Position numbers and translations under genes: made by a program. The notes beneath the pieces are model-generated. The model had not been told where the DNA came from and ran no database searches. It was given only the letters and a program-made list of their open reading frames with translations. Positions 10,320 through 20,683 of a stretch of 64,000 nucleotides of DNA are shown piece after piece. The DNA is from Haplodiscus bocki (taxonomy: Eukaryota): positions 89,900,001 through 89,964,000 of the forward strand of contig OZ296658.1 of assembly GCA_965655095.1 (NCBI GenBank). The letters run 5' to 3'. Numbering within the stretch: position 1 is the first letter of the stretch; each line of letters starts with the position of its first letter.

Positions 10320-11340
10320 ACCACCATCAATGACGCACTAAATCTTATCAACACGTCATTCCTCATAAACTGCTGGACACTTGGGAGTTGCTAAACCCTC
10401 AGAAAAAAAGGAAGATTTTATTGGCCCGGACTACAAGAAGACACGAAACCGTTTGTCAGCCGCTGTCCAGAATGTCAGAAACGTTCGGGACCGCCCACGA
10501 AAAATCATCATTCGTTGATGCAATGGCAAGCTAGCTATCCTTTTCAACACATTGGAATTGACTTCATGAGACCTTTGCCACAGTCAATTGGAAACAAACA
10601 TATACTTGTCATTGGAAATCACTTCACAAAATGGTAGGAAGCAATACCATTACCCGGTCAAATAGCTGCCACAAGTGCAAATGCTTTAGTTGATCATCGG
10701 ATCAGGCGCTTTCTTGTCCACGCAGCCTTCATATTGATCGGGCAGGAAACTTCAAATCAAAACCTTTTGAACAGTTAATGCAACACAGTCTAACGTTGCG
10801 ATTGAAAGATTGAGCAAAAAGTTACAGGACATGTTAGCGAAATGCAGGAATGAGGAAAAAAGCAATTGGTGAAAGCAACTACCCTACTTTATGATGGCCA
10901 ATCGATCATCGGTACATGAATCAACCGGATACACACTTCAGTTTCTAGTTTTTGGACAAGAATTAAGTTTGCCGCTAGATTGCATGTATCCTGACCCGCA
11001 AGAAAATGAAGCTCCTGATATTCATGAGTTTGTGTACAAAAAACAATAGGCAATTTAACGAACATTTGACCTAGTTCGATGCAACTTGAATGAAACACCA
11101 AAACGCTGAAATGCTATCTAAAGTAAGAAAGTTCATGGCCCCACAAAGAACAAAAAGTTTTGCCCTTTCATCCAGCTATCTCTGTTGGACCAACTTCTAA
11201 ATTCGCAAGCCTTTGGAAGGGACCGTATCTCATTGAAAAATGTTTGAACGACGTAACATTGAAAATCAAAGAAGAAAAATCCTCAAAACAACAAATTGTG
11301 CATTAAGATCAACTGAAACCATTCTTTGAACGTCCGGCAA
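10320..11340 (+). pseudogene. Integrase of element A
   Basis: H..GHLG, FYWPG, CPEC zinc-binding motif; IGIDFM (first D); decayed second D and E with an internal deletion near 10785; HESTGYT; WKGPY; VH..LKP. Confidence 0.92.
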
Positions 11341-11883
11341 TGCCCAATGTACCTACAAGGAACAAACTAAAACAAAAATTAGTCATCTCAACACAAAGCA
11401 GAGACACGTAAACACGTAGATGAAACACTGAATCATGTTGATTGCCTTAGTTTCTTCCCGGCGCCTTTTGATGTTTCCATGCCAATTGGAAGAGGCTCTA
11501 TAAAAGCTCCAACAAGTAGACTTACGCAAATCACTTCGTCTGCCCCGGCAAGACGAGAGGAAACGAATTCACCTCCTTTGTTCATGTTCAGGCGATCACC
11601 GGTACCAGAACCGTCTAGTCCACGAACAGAAAACGACCTTACAAAACAATTATCCACTACCCTTCAAATCGACATACAACCTCTCATACCTGACAATGCT
11701 TTCTTCCACGCAAGACAGTCACCACGCGACAACGTCCCAGAAATTGCGGACGCAGCAGCGAGGAATCTCAAGAGAACACCTCCTGCAAACACGTCTATAA
11801 CACAGTTACGACCCAACACGTCAGCACAAAGAAAAGCACAACCACTTTCTGGGTCAAATATCCGAGACATAGTAACAGGTTAA
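11340..11883 (+). pseudogene. Pro/Ser/Thr-rich C-terminal extension of pol
   Basis: The low-complexity 134-aa ORF 11479-11883 follows integrase on the same strand. Confidence 0.5.
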
Positions 11884-11979
11884 AATTCTCCGGATAGAAA
11901 AACGCGGAAACAGTCAAATGCCAATTTTACTAAAACTCCCACACAAAAGCGGAAGACACATCACACAAATAACACAGAT

Positions 11980-13987
11980 CTGCTTTCGGGATCACAACAC
12001 TACTACACATCTGCGTAATGCTTTTCACTACAAACAACATACAGTACTCCACTGTGAAAAAACAACAGCCATCAAAAATTCAACGAGAAAATGCCTTCAT
12101 TTTTAAATACCAGGTTGTAACTTCCGAAAGCGAAAGCCAAGTTCGATTGTTCTTCCCGTTTCCGACACTACCAGATGTTAACAAAGATGACGTGCATGCA
12201 ATTCTCCTCGAAAGTAATCAAAAACTCTCACGCATGAAAAACACAACAAATGGATAACATGTACAAATATCTGAAGAAAGAAACTAATGAAGCTCAACAC
12301 TCTGAGTCAGATCGCGGAATCCTTCTTCTCACCAGCATCATCCCATGGAAACCTTCGCAAAAGACGCTCAACGGATGAAGATGAACCTCACAACAGAACA
12401 CGATGGCTCATCGGTGCTGTTGCAGCACTAGCCGCTGGTACATGATTCCTCTTAGGAAAACCAATTACGGACGCGGCTTGCAATGCAATCTCCATCAATG
12501 ATTGCGATTCCACAGAAGATTTAGAACCCTAACTTGATCAAGTCACTAAACGACAAACGTCACAACAACAAGCAATTCAAAAAGTAGAAGACCAAAATAA
12601 GGAGAAACTTGCTCTACTCGGCGACAAAATTCGGTTGACCCAAGAGAGTGATGAACAAATGAAAGAAGACACGTTTTTCCTATAAGCTTGACCAAACCTG
12701 CACTCCCAAAGATGCGTTCCTCTGCTATCATTTCGAAAATGCATACCGTCACTTCTTTCAACTTTCACCAACTTTACTTGTCACAAATTGGAATATTTTA
12801 CCATCAATTTAAGGCTTTCCGTGCCGCATTCTACGCCTATGAAAATATTTCTTTTTCATTCATTTCATCTCCTGCTACTAGACACATTAAACCGCAATTC
12901 TTGCTTCCCACACAACTTGCTACAATTGTGCCAAGAGCTGGCTGCTAAAGAATTTTGTAAAGGAAGTAAACTGACATACCATCTGAATTCGGAGCCATCT
13001 TTTACGAACTGCAAATATTACTCGAAGATACACTATTGTCCAAAGGCATCTGTTTCGCCCGCAGTAACGCTATGAACTCAAAATCGCCACACAAAACGTT
13101 TTCCAAGCGGATCTTTCTATCAACCTAAGGATGACGGTAAAAGTGCATGCGTTTATCAGTTTCCGAAAACTTATGTCATGGTTGCAACAGAAAACACTAA
13201 CTTCGCGGAGTTAGCAGCGTCTACGCTACAACAATGCACGGGTAGTAACGGAATAAAACTGTGCCGCCAGGGGTTTTAGACTGCCCCAGATGAAACGCTA
13301 GTCTGCCTCATGTCGTTTTACTTTAACCAAGACATTCCCGCACTTCGAAATTGCCCCGTTTCCTCTGTCCTTCTTGCAGAAACCCCACATGCGATCCACT
13401 TGGCAAATGGTGTTCACCAACTCATTTCCCGAAACCCCACAATGGAGCTTAAAAGGGACACTAGAACAAACAGACTCACTTTATAGACTTGACTGTCAAG
13501 AATGTGTTCTTCGACCCGGCTGTGAAAGTACCATTTACATCAATCAATGCGATCTCGTCCTGTTACCAGACATCGACGCATGTAAACCGACGCCGGAACC
13601 TTACATTAATACCATCAAAGCAGCCCCTCCACTGAATCAAGTTTTTTCCAAAATGTCCAATTTGAACGACTCAACTTCCCCGGCTACTCCCGGAAATCAA
13701 TTTTCGAGAGTGTCCAATTGGAACTGACTGGAATTCCAGACGTTAGACGAACAGACCCAGAAACTTTGCAACAACTGACGGAACCAATGGTTGCACATTA
13801 CACGTCTCTCAGTCCTGCTGCAGCAGCTGCACTTGATAAATTTGTTCAGGCGAAAACTTCAATTCTGATAACCGGCGGGTCTATTATAATGTCATTTTCT
13901 TGTGCATACTCAACTTTTTCACAAACAGGCACGTGCACTTTGCTGTGCCCCACGTTCTATAAAATAGATCTGGCCAATTTAAAATAA
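11980..13987 (+). pseudogene. env-like class I fusion glycoprotein (errantivirus / baculovirus-F-like) of element A
   Basis: Signal-peptide-like AFGITTLLHICVMLFTT; furin site RKRR (12356-12367); fusion-peptide-like LIGAVAALAAGT (from 12407); heptad-like helix; Cys-rich ectodomain (QCTGSNGIKLCRQGF, CLMSFYF, LRNC, LDCQECVLRPGC); C-terminal hydrophobic TSILITGGSIIMSF. It lies 3' of pol. Confidence 0.8.
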
Positions 13988-14712
13988 ATATCAGTGTTCA
14001 ATTGATTGAGTCTGTTTTATTTCTGGATACTCTCGACCTCATCCGTGTACCAAACAAATGGGACAAAATTCAGTTCCTGGAGGTCCGATGTAATCTTTTT
14101 CACTCGTAGCGGGTCCTAAATTCTGACGGATTGCCGAGTCGAAACAAGATCGTGTCATTCCAGTTTCTCTATCCCTGTAACCGGTCGCCTGGCTAATTTT
14201 CCGGAACTTCATGCGAATTAGAACAAAAGTTTCCTGAATTTGATTTTTTATCGAACACGTTCGAATATTATAACTTGAATTGACAAATTAAAACATCCCA
14301 ATAGTGATGTTTTAGTCTACAACAATGCTTAATCTGTTCCAAAGATGTTAGCAGGCGATAGAGTAAACCTCCTCGATGACCATCAGTATCGTTGTCCTGA
14401 AATTCTTGCAACTTCTGGGCCGACTATGCTTCAGAGAACCAATCACTCCACATATCGCAGCCTTCTACGAACCCCTTCACAGTTTATTATTAGTGCCCCC
14501 GAGATGGTCACCCAATCTACCTAGAATGACCAGCCATCTTCTGCTACCGTCATCTGCTCTAGCTTGCGATATTCTGCAATGTCGGGGTCCCGCTGCTGTA
14601 CAAGCTTATCATCAAGAGCGCCCTTATTCTATGGGTGATATTCGATGGATAGCACTACACCAGCCCATCACTAGCGATCAACAATAGTTTATGGGATGCA
14701 AACTTCAAAAAG

Positions 14713-16153
14713 GACAATCAAAGATCAGCAACAAAAGAAATAACACGAAGATTAGGTCACCAACATTTTGAACTAGTTTTCCAGTCGAAAATTTGGCGCC
14801 CACTTTTAATATTCCCAAATTAGAGAGTACTTATCATACTTCTGATCACGCCGTGCCTTGTGACAACACATCACGGCACTTTAATCCAATAAGAGTGCAG
14901 ATTTGAAAAACAAAGACGATAACGATCTGGTGCTTAAACAATCTCTTGGAGATGATCGCCACACCACAGCAACGTTCTGTTAACGCTTTGGTAACCGACA
15001 TTCCAGAACATTTCAAGGACGGACTCCAGAAACTTTTTACGACATCGATTGCACGAGATCGACAAAAATAGCCAAAATATCGTCAAAATACTAAAAAGAG
15101 AGAAAATTGATGACGCGGAGCTGGGTATAAAAGCAAGAGATCCAAAACTCAAATTTCACTGCCCGACTCAACCATGCAATAACCCAACATCGGCGTTCGA
15201 CGTCTTTCGTGTTCAAAATTCAAAACTTTAAAATCCACCTTCGACGTTTAATTTTCTTCAATCTTCAACCTTTCAAAAGAACTCGAGAAACTACAAAACT
15301 GGAGGTCTTTCTGGAATTTTAAACATCATCATAATCTGTACACAGAGCAACATCTTTCTGAACTTTTCGGACTTTTGGACTCTCTCAGAAGACTAAACAA
15401 TCAATATTCATCAAAGACAACCCTTTTCTCCATCAGCACCTCCACTCAAGAACAATGTCGTGAGTGAAATTTATTTGTTTGATAAAATTTTCCTCATAAA
15501 AAAAGGTGATTAATTATATCGAAGTGAAAGAGAACGTATTCAACTGACTTCATAGACTTGTTACTGCCAATTTGTAAAATCAAGCTTTAAGCAAACCCTT
15601 TCAGTTGCCTCCAAGTAGTTAAAAGTACTTCACCGATTCAATAGTATTAGAGTAATTCCAGACTCAACACTCAAGCTAATTAAAGGACGAGAACCAGAAA
15701 CGCGCATTCCAAAGAAAGCAAAAGATTTTTTTGAGAAAAATGAAACTTGTTCAAAGTTTGCTCAAGAAAAGAGAGTTAGAACCACCACCACCAGTAGAAG
15801 AAAAAGTAGATATCAAAGAACAAAAAAGGTGCTCTAAAGGAAATAACTAGTTTGCAAGGAGTTTAATATTACTGAAATTGGCTTAACCCAGACGGATAAA
15901 ATAAGTAAAAGCCCGATTAGGTCCTGGTCCGCCAGAGACTGATTGCAAGCTGCGAGCCCAGAGACTATAAGGTACCAACGTATCATCTCCCTGTCGAGAA
16001 CCAATTAGAACTTCCAAAGTCTGCAGTACTGACTAATGCATGATTGTGAACTGGACGTCTCGATCTTATTCCCAAGGGTGTAGAGTGATCACTATTGAGC
16101 ACTTCATTGAAAAAGAAGAAATTAAAGCCACCGCCACTTACATACACTTCAGA
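14713..16153 (+). repeat. 3' LTR of element A
   Basis: Homology to the 5' LTR starts at GACAATCAAAGATCA and ends at ...CACTTCAGA, then AATT. The terminal TG and most of the PPT appear to be deleted. Confidence 0.93.
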
Positions 16154-16800
16154 AATTCTCCGCCGATTGCCTTGCGCTTTCCACTGAGACTGTTCCAGTA
16201 TGTGGTGGGTTGATAGCAATTTCAAAAAAATCTGTTTCAACCTACTTCTACTCTCAACACATCGGTCGTTTTTCATTTTCCCTGGCAGCCAATATAGCTT
16301 CCAAGGAAATTTACGACTCATCTCGAGTAGGTTGATTTGCACAACATTATGACTGGCCATTTACTGTATCCATGTGTTTCAATTAAATTATAGGTTTCGC
16401 GGCAGCACTGTTGTAAGTTTCCGGAAGAATGGATTGGTGGTTCCTGTCACAGTTCAGTTCGTACCCCTAGTTTAATTTTCAACGTCAAGTTTTTACCGGA
16501 CCCCAAAAAGGCTGTACATGAGTTGCATTTCCGTTAGATGCGTTTGAGCATTGCGGACCAGCAGGAAATAGTGCTCTCTGCGGACATCTTTGGTGGGCCT
16601 TGTTGACCCAAAAGTAAAGGATCTTCTACATGTTTCTATAAATCTTCCGGCATTACGATTCTATATACGGCAATTACCAAACCGTATCCCGCGGAAAAAA
16701 TTCTAAGAACCGGATCAATTCAAGTTTACGACACACGAGTCTTTATATCGACCATGAAGTTATATTACGCCATCTTCTGCTTGGCCTCCGTGCTTTTCAT
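16154..16800 (-). pseudogene. Integrase N-terminal and core region of element B
   Basis: Decayed G.QGPTKM...W..M...CNSCTA zinc-binding region, YSKWPV, and HTGTVSVESA helix. Confidence 0.75.
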
Positions 16801-17519
16801 CTTCGATGGTTTGACAGTATGGTTCATTTGGATATATTGTCTCATGTAGTATCGGTCTTTTGTATCAGCCAGGGGGATATTGTCGGCTAAACGCCTGATT
16901 TCTCACTCATCCAAATCGGAATTGTCCAACGTTTCTCGATATTATTGTTCTTTTCGTCTTTTTCGTAATGAATTCAAAGTAGCCACGATCACATCTAATT
17001 CATACTCCGTTCCTGAGGAGAAATTCTGAGCCAATCTCGGCTAACTCCTGCCAACCTCTTGTTTCTCGGGTCGGCGAGGTACTCAAATCTATCGGTTGAA
17101 ACTGCTGTGGAAAACAAACCAAAGATTTCCGGGTGTTTCGGCTAATTCCAGATTTTCGAGACTTTTCCTTCGTTAACATCCGGTTCGTGACTTGTTTGCT
17201 CCCTAGCGGTGGTATTGGTATTTGAATATGCAATCATTTCCCCTTCTGTAAAAGTTAAAAAAATTGAAATTTTGATCAGATTTGAAACGGTGATTATCAG
17301 ATTAGGTTATTGAGTTGTTTCCCGCGTGAAATCTTTGCTTCCAATTTTTTCAGATATTAATTGCGTCGGTCGCCTGTTTCTACTGATCGGTTTCCGGTTC
17401 GCTGTTGAAGCTATGTAACATGAATGGTCGGTGAATTTTGATTTTTTGTCAATTATCCATCCCTGTTTGTATTTGAAGTTTGGAAAGTTCGCCGGAATAT
17501 TGATAAATTCTCGTCATAT

Positions 17520-19000
17520 TTTACTGGTCGATGCTTCTTCCACTGGGTGTCTGCCTAAATATTCTAAAAAATTCAAGTGACTTCTGGAATATATTGTACT
17601 GAAACATCAGAACCTGCTGGTCTCTCCAACAATCCTGTCCGTCAAGCACTGTATTGTGCCGCGCTCAGTTTTGATAAAACTTCTAAAGCATGGTAACTGA
17701 AGTTATAATACACTGTTGTAACGTAAATTAAAAACCAAATTTTCCCACTCCCCAAAAAACTGCTATAATTTCAAGCTCCTTGGCAAACTTTTTCGGTTTC
17801 TTCTGCATATCTGCTCGCAAACGCTATTGGTGGTAGTATTTTATCATGCTGTGTTTGCTGTAGAGTCATTCCGAGTCCAGTTCACTTTGCATCTGTCATT
17901 ACACTAATGTCTCGGTCTCCAGCAAAAAAGTGCCCAACGCGGTATTTCGAGTATCATTCTATTCATTTCCGTGAAAACTTTTCTTTCATTGTGGCCCCAA
18001 ATTTTCTCCATTCTCTTGTTTGGTAAGTGTTTTAGTCAGTTTGTCTTCTTCTGAAAGTCTCAGTAAAAATTTTGCGATATAATGAGTAGTGCCAGGGAAA
18101 GACTCCAACTGATGACGGTCCTTTCAGAAATGTTATTGTTTTGCTTTTTCTTTGTTCGGTTTCATTCCCTGTTCGATTATTGCATATGCCAGTCATCTTG
18201 TTTCCTTATGAAAGTTAAACACTATTTCGCACCTGTTGTACATCCAGCTTCCTGTAGTTTCATTATTGTTACAAAAAGTTTGTTCGTTGTTCCTCTTTTC
18301 CTCTGAAAACTACTATTATATCGTCTATATAAAAGCGCCCACGCTTCAAGAACCGCACTAGAAACCGCTTTTGAGGAAAGAGCAAGAGAAAGAGACCAAA
18401 GAAGACAAGGATGGAAGTGAGAAGACATGGGGTAGAGAAACCTGACGGATAAAATGGCGAGGGAGAGGTTGGAATGCAATTGGAGAACTAGGCGGACTCC
18501 TATCACGGGATATTGCTCGACAAAGGTGAGCACTACTAATATCGTCTAATCATCCTGGATTAAGTAGGATTAGCTTAAAGAGTTCTCTAGAAAAACTGTA
18601 GGGACATCGGACAAACTGTACAACCCTCGTTTAAATCTGTGAAATCCATTCATGTTTCCCCAGTTATTGCCAAAATTCGTTTCCGGCTTGTTTGTTTACA
18701 TAACGATAATTGGTCGTATGCGTATGCAAGAAAAAGTTTCGATATTGATAATTGGCCGCTTTGCACTTCAGCCGTTTTTTCTTCGGCCATATGGTTCAAA
18801 AGACCCTCCAAGTTCGACATATGTGGTCTCCTTCCAATGCAGTTGTCATTTTAATTTCCTGAATCGAATGCAAATTCTACTGCTTTGCCATTTTCCAGAG
18901 TTACATCTACCGGAGATGCGAGATAGTGTCCATCCCCGCTTTGCACATTATCGAAGTGTCCTGCGTTCATCAATCACTTAAATTCGCTTTTCCCATATTT
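17520..19000 (-). pseudogene. RT and RNase H of element B
   Basis: Minus-strand remnants RPHMSNLE, AYAYDQL..ILAITG, RFKRGLYSLSDVPTVF, (W)LDDI, KLQEAG, LGTTHYIAKFL, VMTDA..GLGMTL, PIAFASRY, AVFWGV, YLGRHP. Confidence 0.85.
18328..18531. other. ~200-bp insertion in the RT active-site codons, flanked by a 17-19-bp duplication
   Basis: ACTACTATTATATCGTCTA (18309-18327) and ACTACTAATATCGTCTA (18532-18548) both encode DDI on the minus strand and flank unrelated purine-rich DNA. Confidence 0.7.
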
Positions 19001-19199
19001 TTGCAAGTGATACGGTATCGATCCTTGCTTTTTGATTTTATTGCAGGATATCAGGGCTATAAATGTTGGACATCGAAGTTTTTAGTTTTTCGATTAGTTT
19101 TGATTATTGTTTCAGAATTTGATAATACTTTGTTTTTTTCTGATCGGTCGCTTCAGTCATTGATAATTTTTAGCGTCCAAGTAAACACTGAAAGCCAGT

Positions 19200-20440
19200 C
19201 AACAGCACAAAATGGCATGAAATTCATTCTTTTGGTGAATAAAAGGATAAGATTCTCTTTATTACACTCATTTTCAGCTTCTACTGCAATGTTTCCGAGA
19301 AAGTGTACCAAAATTTACTGGAAGTCTTGAAACTAGTTATTTACAGGCAATAGGTTCTTGTTCATTGTTATCTCTGATCCGGCGGTATCATTGCAACCAG
19401 TGATCATGTGTCGATAACAAGGTAATCAACGTTTCCGTCAATTTTAGGGTGATTCTCAAATGATTTCTTTTGACTGTCTAGGGTTTTGCATTCGGTTATT
19501 ACATTGATGGATCGGTCTTTGTCACTTCCTGTGTTAACTCCCACTTTGTTAAATATGATTTCTTGTGGCTTTGGTTGCTGAAATTTACATCATTTCACAG
19601 AATGTCTTTTTGTTTTAGATAGTGGCATTTCTACTCTCAGGCCCAGCATTTATGGTGAAAGTTCAAGTTCGATGCGTTACGATATAATCAAGTTCTGAAC
19701 CAAGAAGAAGATGTCTCCGTGTCATTCGTGCTCCGTAGTTTCCAGCGTTTTTTTCGTTTTGGTTTTTCGTCAATTTCTTTTTTGCTGAGATTATTGCATT
19801 AAGTTTCTTTAATTTATTTATGTCGTATGTAATCTATAAATGTTCGACAATTTTCAGCAAGCCTGGGTTTTTTTCTTTCATCAGTTCGGCCCGTAACATT
19901 TCATCGGTGATTGATGAAAAGAATTCAAAAAGGAGTATTTCGGTTTTTAAAAAAGTTGCGATAGTCTTACTCGTCCTGTAAATCTATCGGATTCTCCCCA
20001 TGTGTCTCAGATACTTCCGTATAAGGTTCTTTTGCTCAGTAGAAATCTCCTCGGGAATTGTAGTTTCTTACATCTTTTCCGGAATTTATCTTTTCAATAG
20101 TTGGCATCGGTCACATAATTTGATCAGTCTGTCCGTTTTAATTTTAACGGTTCTTTTCGGTATGCAGATCTTGTGCTTTCGTCTGTTGGTTGGCGTCCCA
20201 GTACTCAAAGAAAAAGTTGTTGTACCTCTCTTCTTTTGTGTTACAGCCTATTTCAATTATTGCTTCTTATTTGAACAACGATCTCAATTCTAAAATACAT
20301 TTTATCTTCGTGTACTGCTTCAATCTTTCCAACTCTTTCCGTGGTTCAAGTTTTTGTCCCACCTGTTCTCTTAAGCGAAGAGCGTATTCGAAAATTGCTT
20401 GCGGTCATGTTTTTCTACCACCTCGGTAAGGCTTTTTTGG
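19200..20440 (-). pseudogene. gag-protease of element B (progenitor copy; also present in every satellite unit)
   Basis: Protease-like LVIDT.SLVAMIPP at ~19425-19380. In array copies there is a zinc-knuckle remnant CHY..RKGHSAKTC and gag-like KYKSRRDFYRAKQPYTEIAETHWEKLMELE (ORF 39124-39306). Confidence 0.75.
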
Positions 20441-20477
20441 TAAAAGTCAAAGTATGAAAATCCTGCTGAGTGCTACA

Positions 20478-20683
20478 TGTTCCACCCTACGGTCAAAATT
20501 TCCAAGATAATCGGTGCAAAATTCTTTTCAAATGCATTAGCAGAGAATCAAAACTGTTATGATTACGGCACGGTCCTTCAAAAAAGATTCAAACAACAAT
20601 TCAAAATTTACTAATGTTTACAAAAATATTGTTCTTCGGTAAGAAGAATGATAAGGTTACGTAATCGGACAATCTGTATAGCA
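20478..20683 (-). repeat. 5' LTR of element B (206 bp), repeated once per satellite unit
   Basis: Minus strand TGCTATAC...GGAACA, collinear with 3339-3135 and followed directly by the PBS. Confidence 0.82.

Larger units (their letters stand above)
4394..16153 (+). mobile_element. Full-length but degenerate env-containing Ty3/Gypsy element 'A' (11.76 kb), nested in the integrase of element B
   Basis: Two ~1.44-kb direct repeats, 4-bp TSD AATT (4390-4393 and 16154-16157), PBS, and gag, PR, RT, RNase H, macrodomain, integrase and env remnants. Removing it restores the B integrase reading ...HTGTVSVESARQSAEN|SIIAN. Confidence 0.95.
3135..20683 (-). mobile_element. Degenerate Ty3/Gypsy LTR retrotransposon 'B' (~5.8 kb after removing nested element A)
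   Basis: Order on the minus strand: 5' LTR (20683-20478), PBS, gag, protease (~19420-19380), RT (~18900-18000), RNase H (~17910-17540), integrase (16650-16154 continuing at 4393-4240), PPT, 3' LTR (3339-3135). The RT-RH-IN order is Gypsy-type. Confidence 0.9.

Noticed and set aside
14690-14712. Polypurine tract of element A
   Set aside because: Only AAAAAGG remains and the LTR's TG start is missing, so it is probably deleted and was not annotated.
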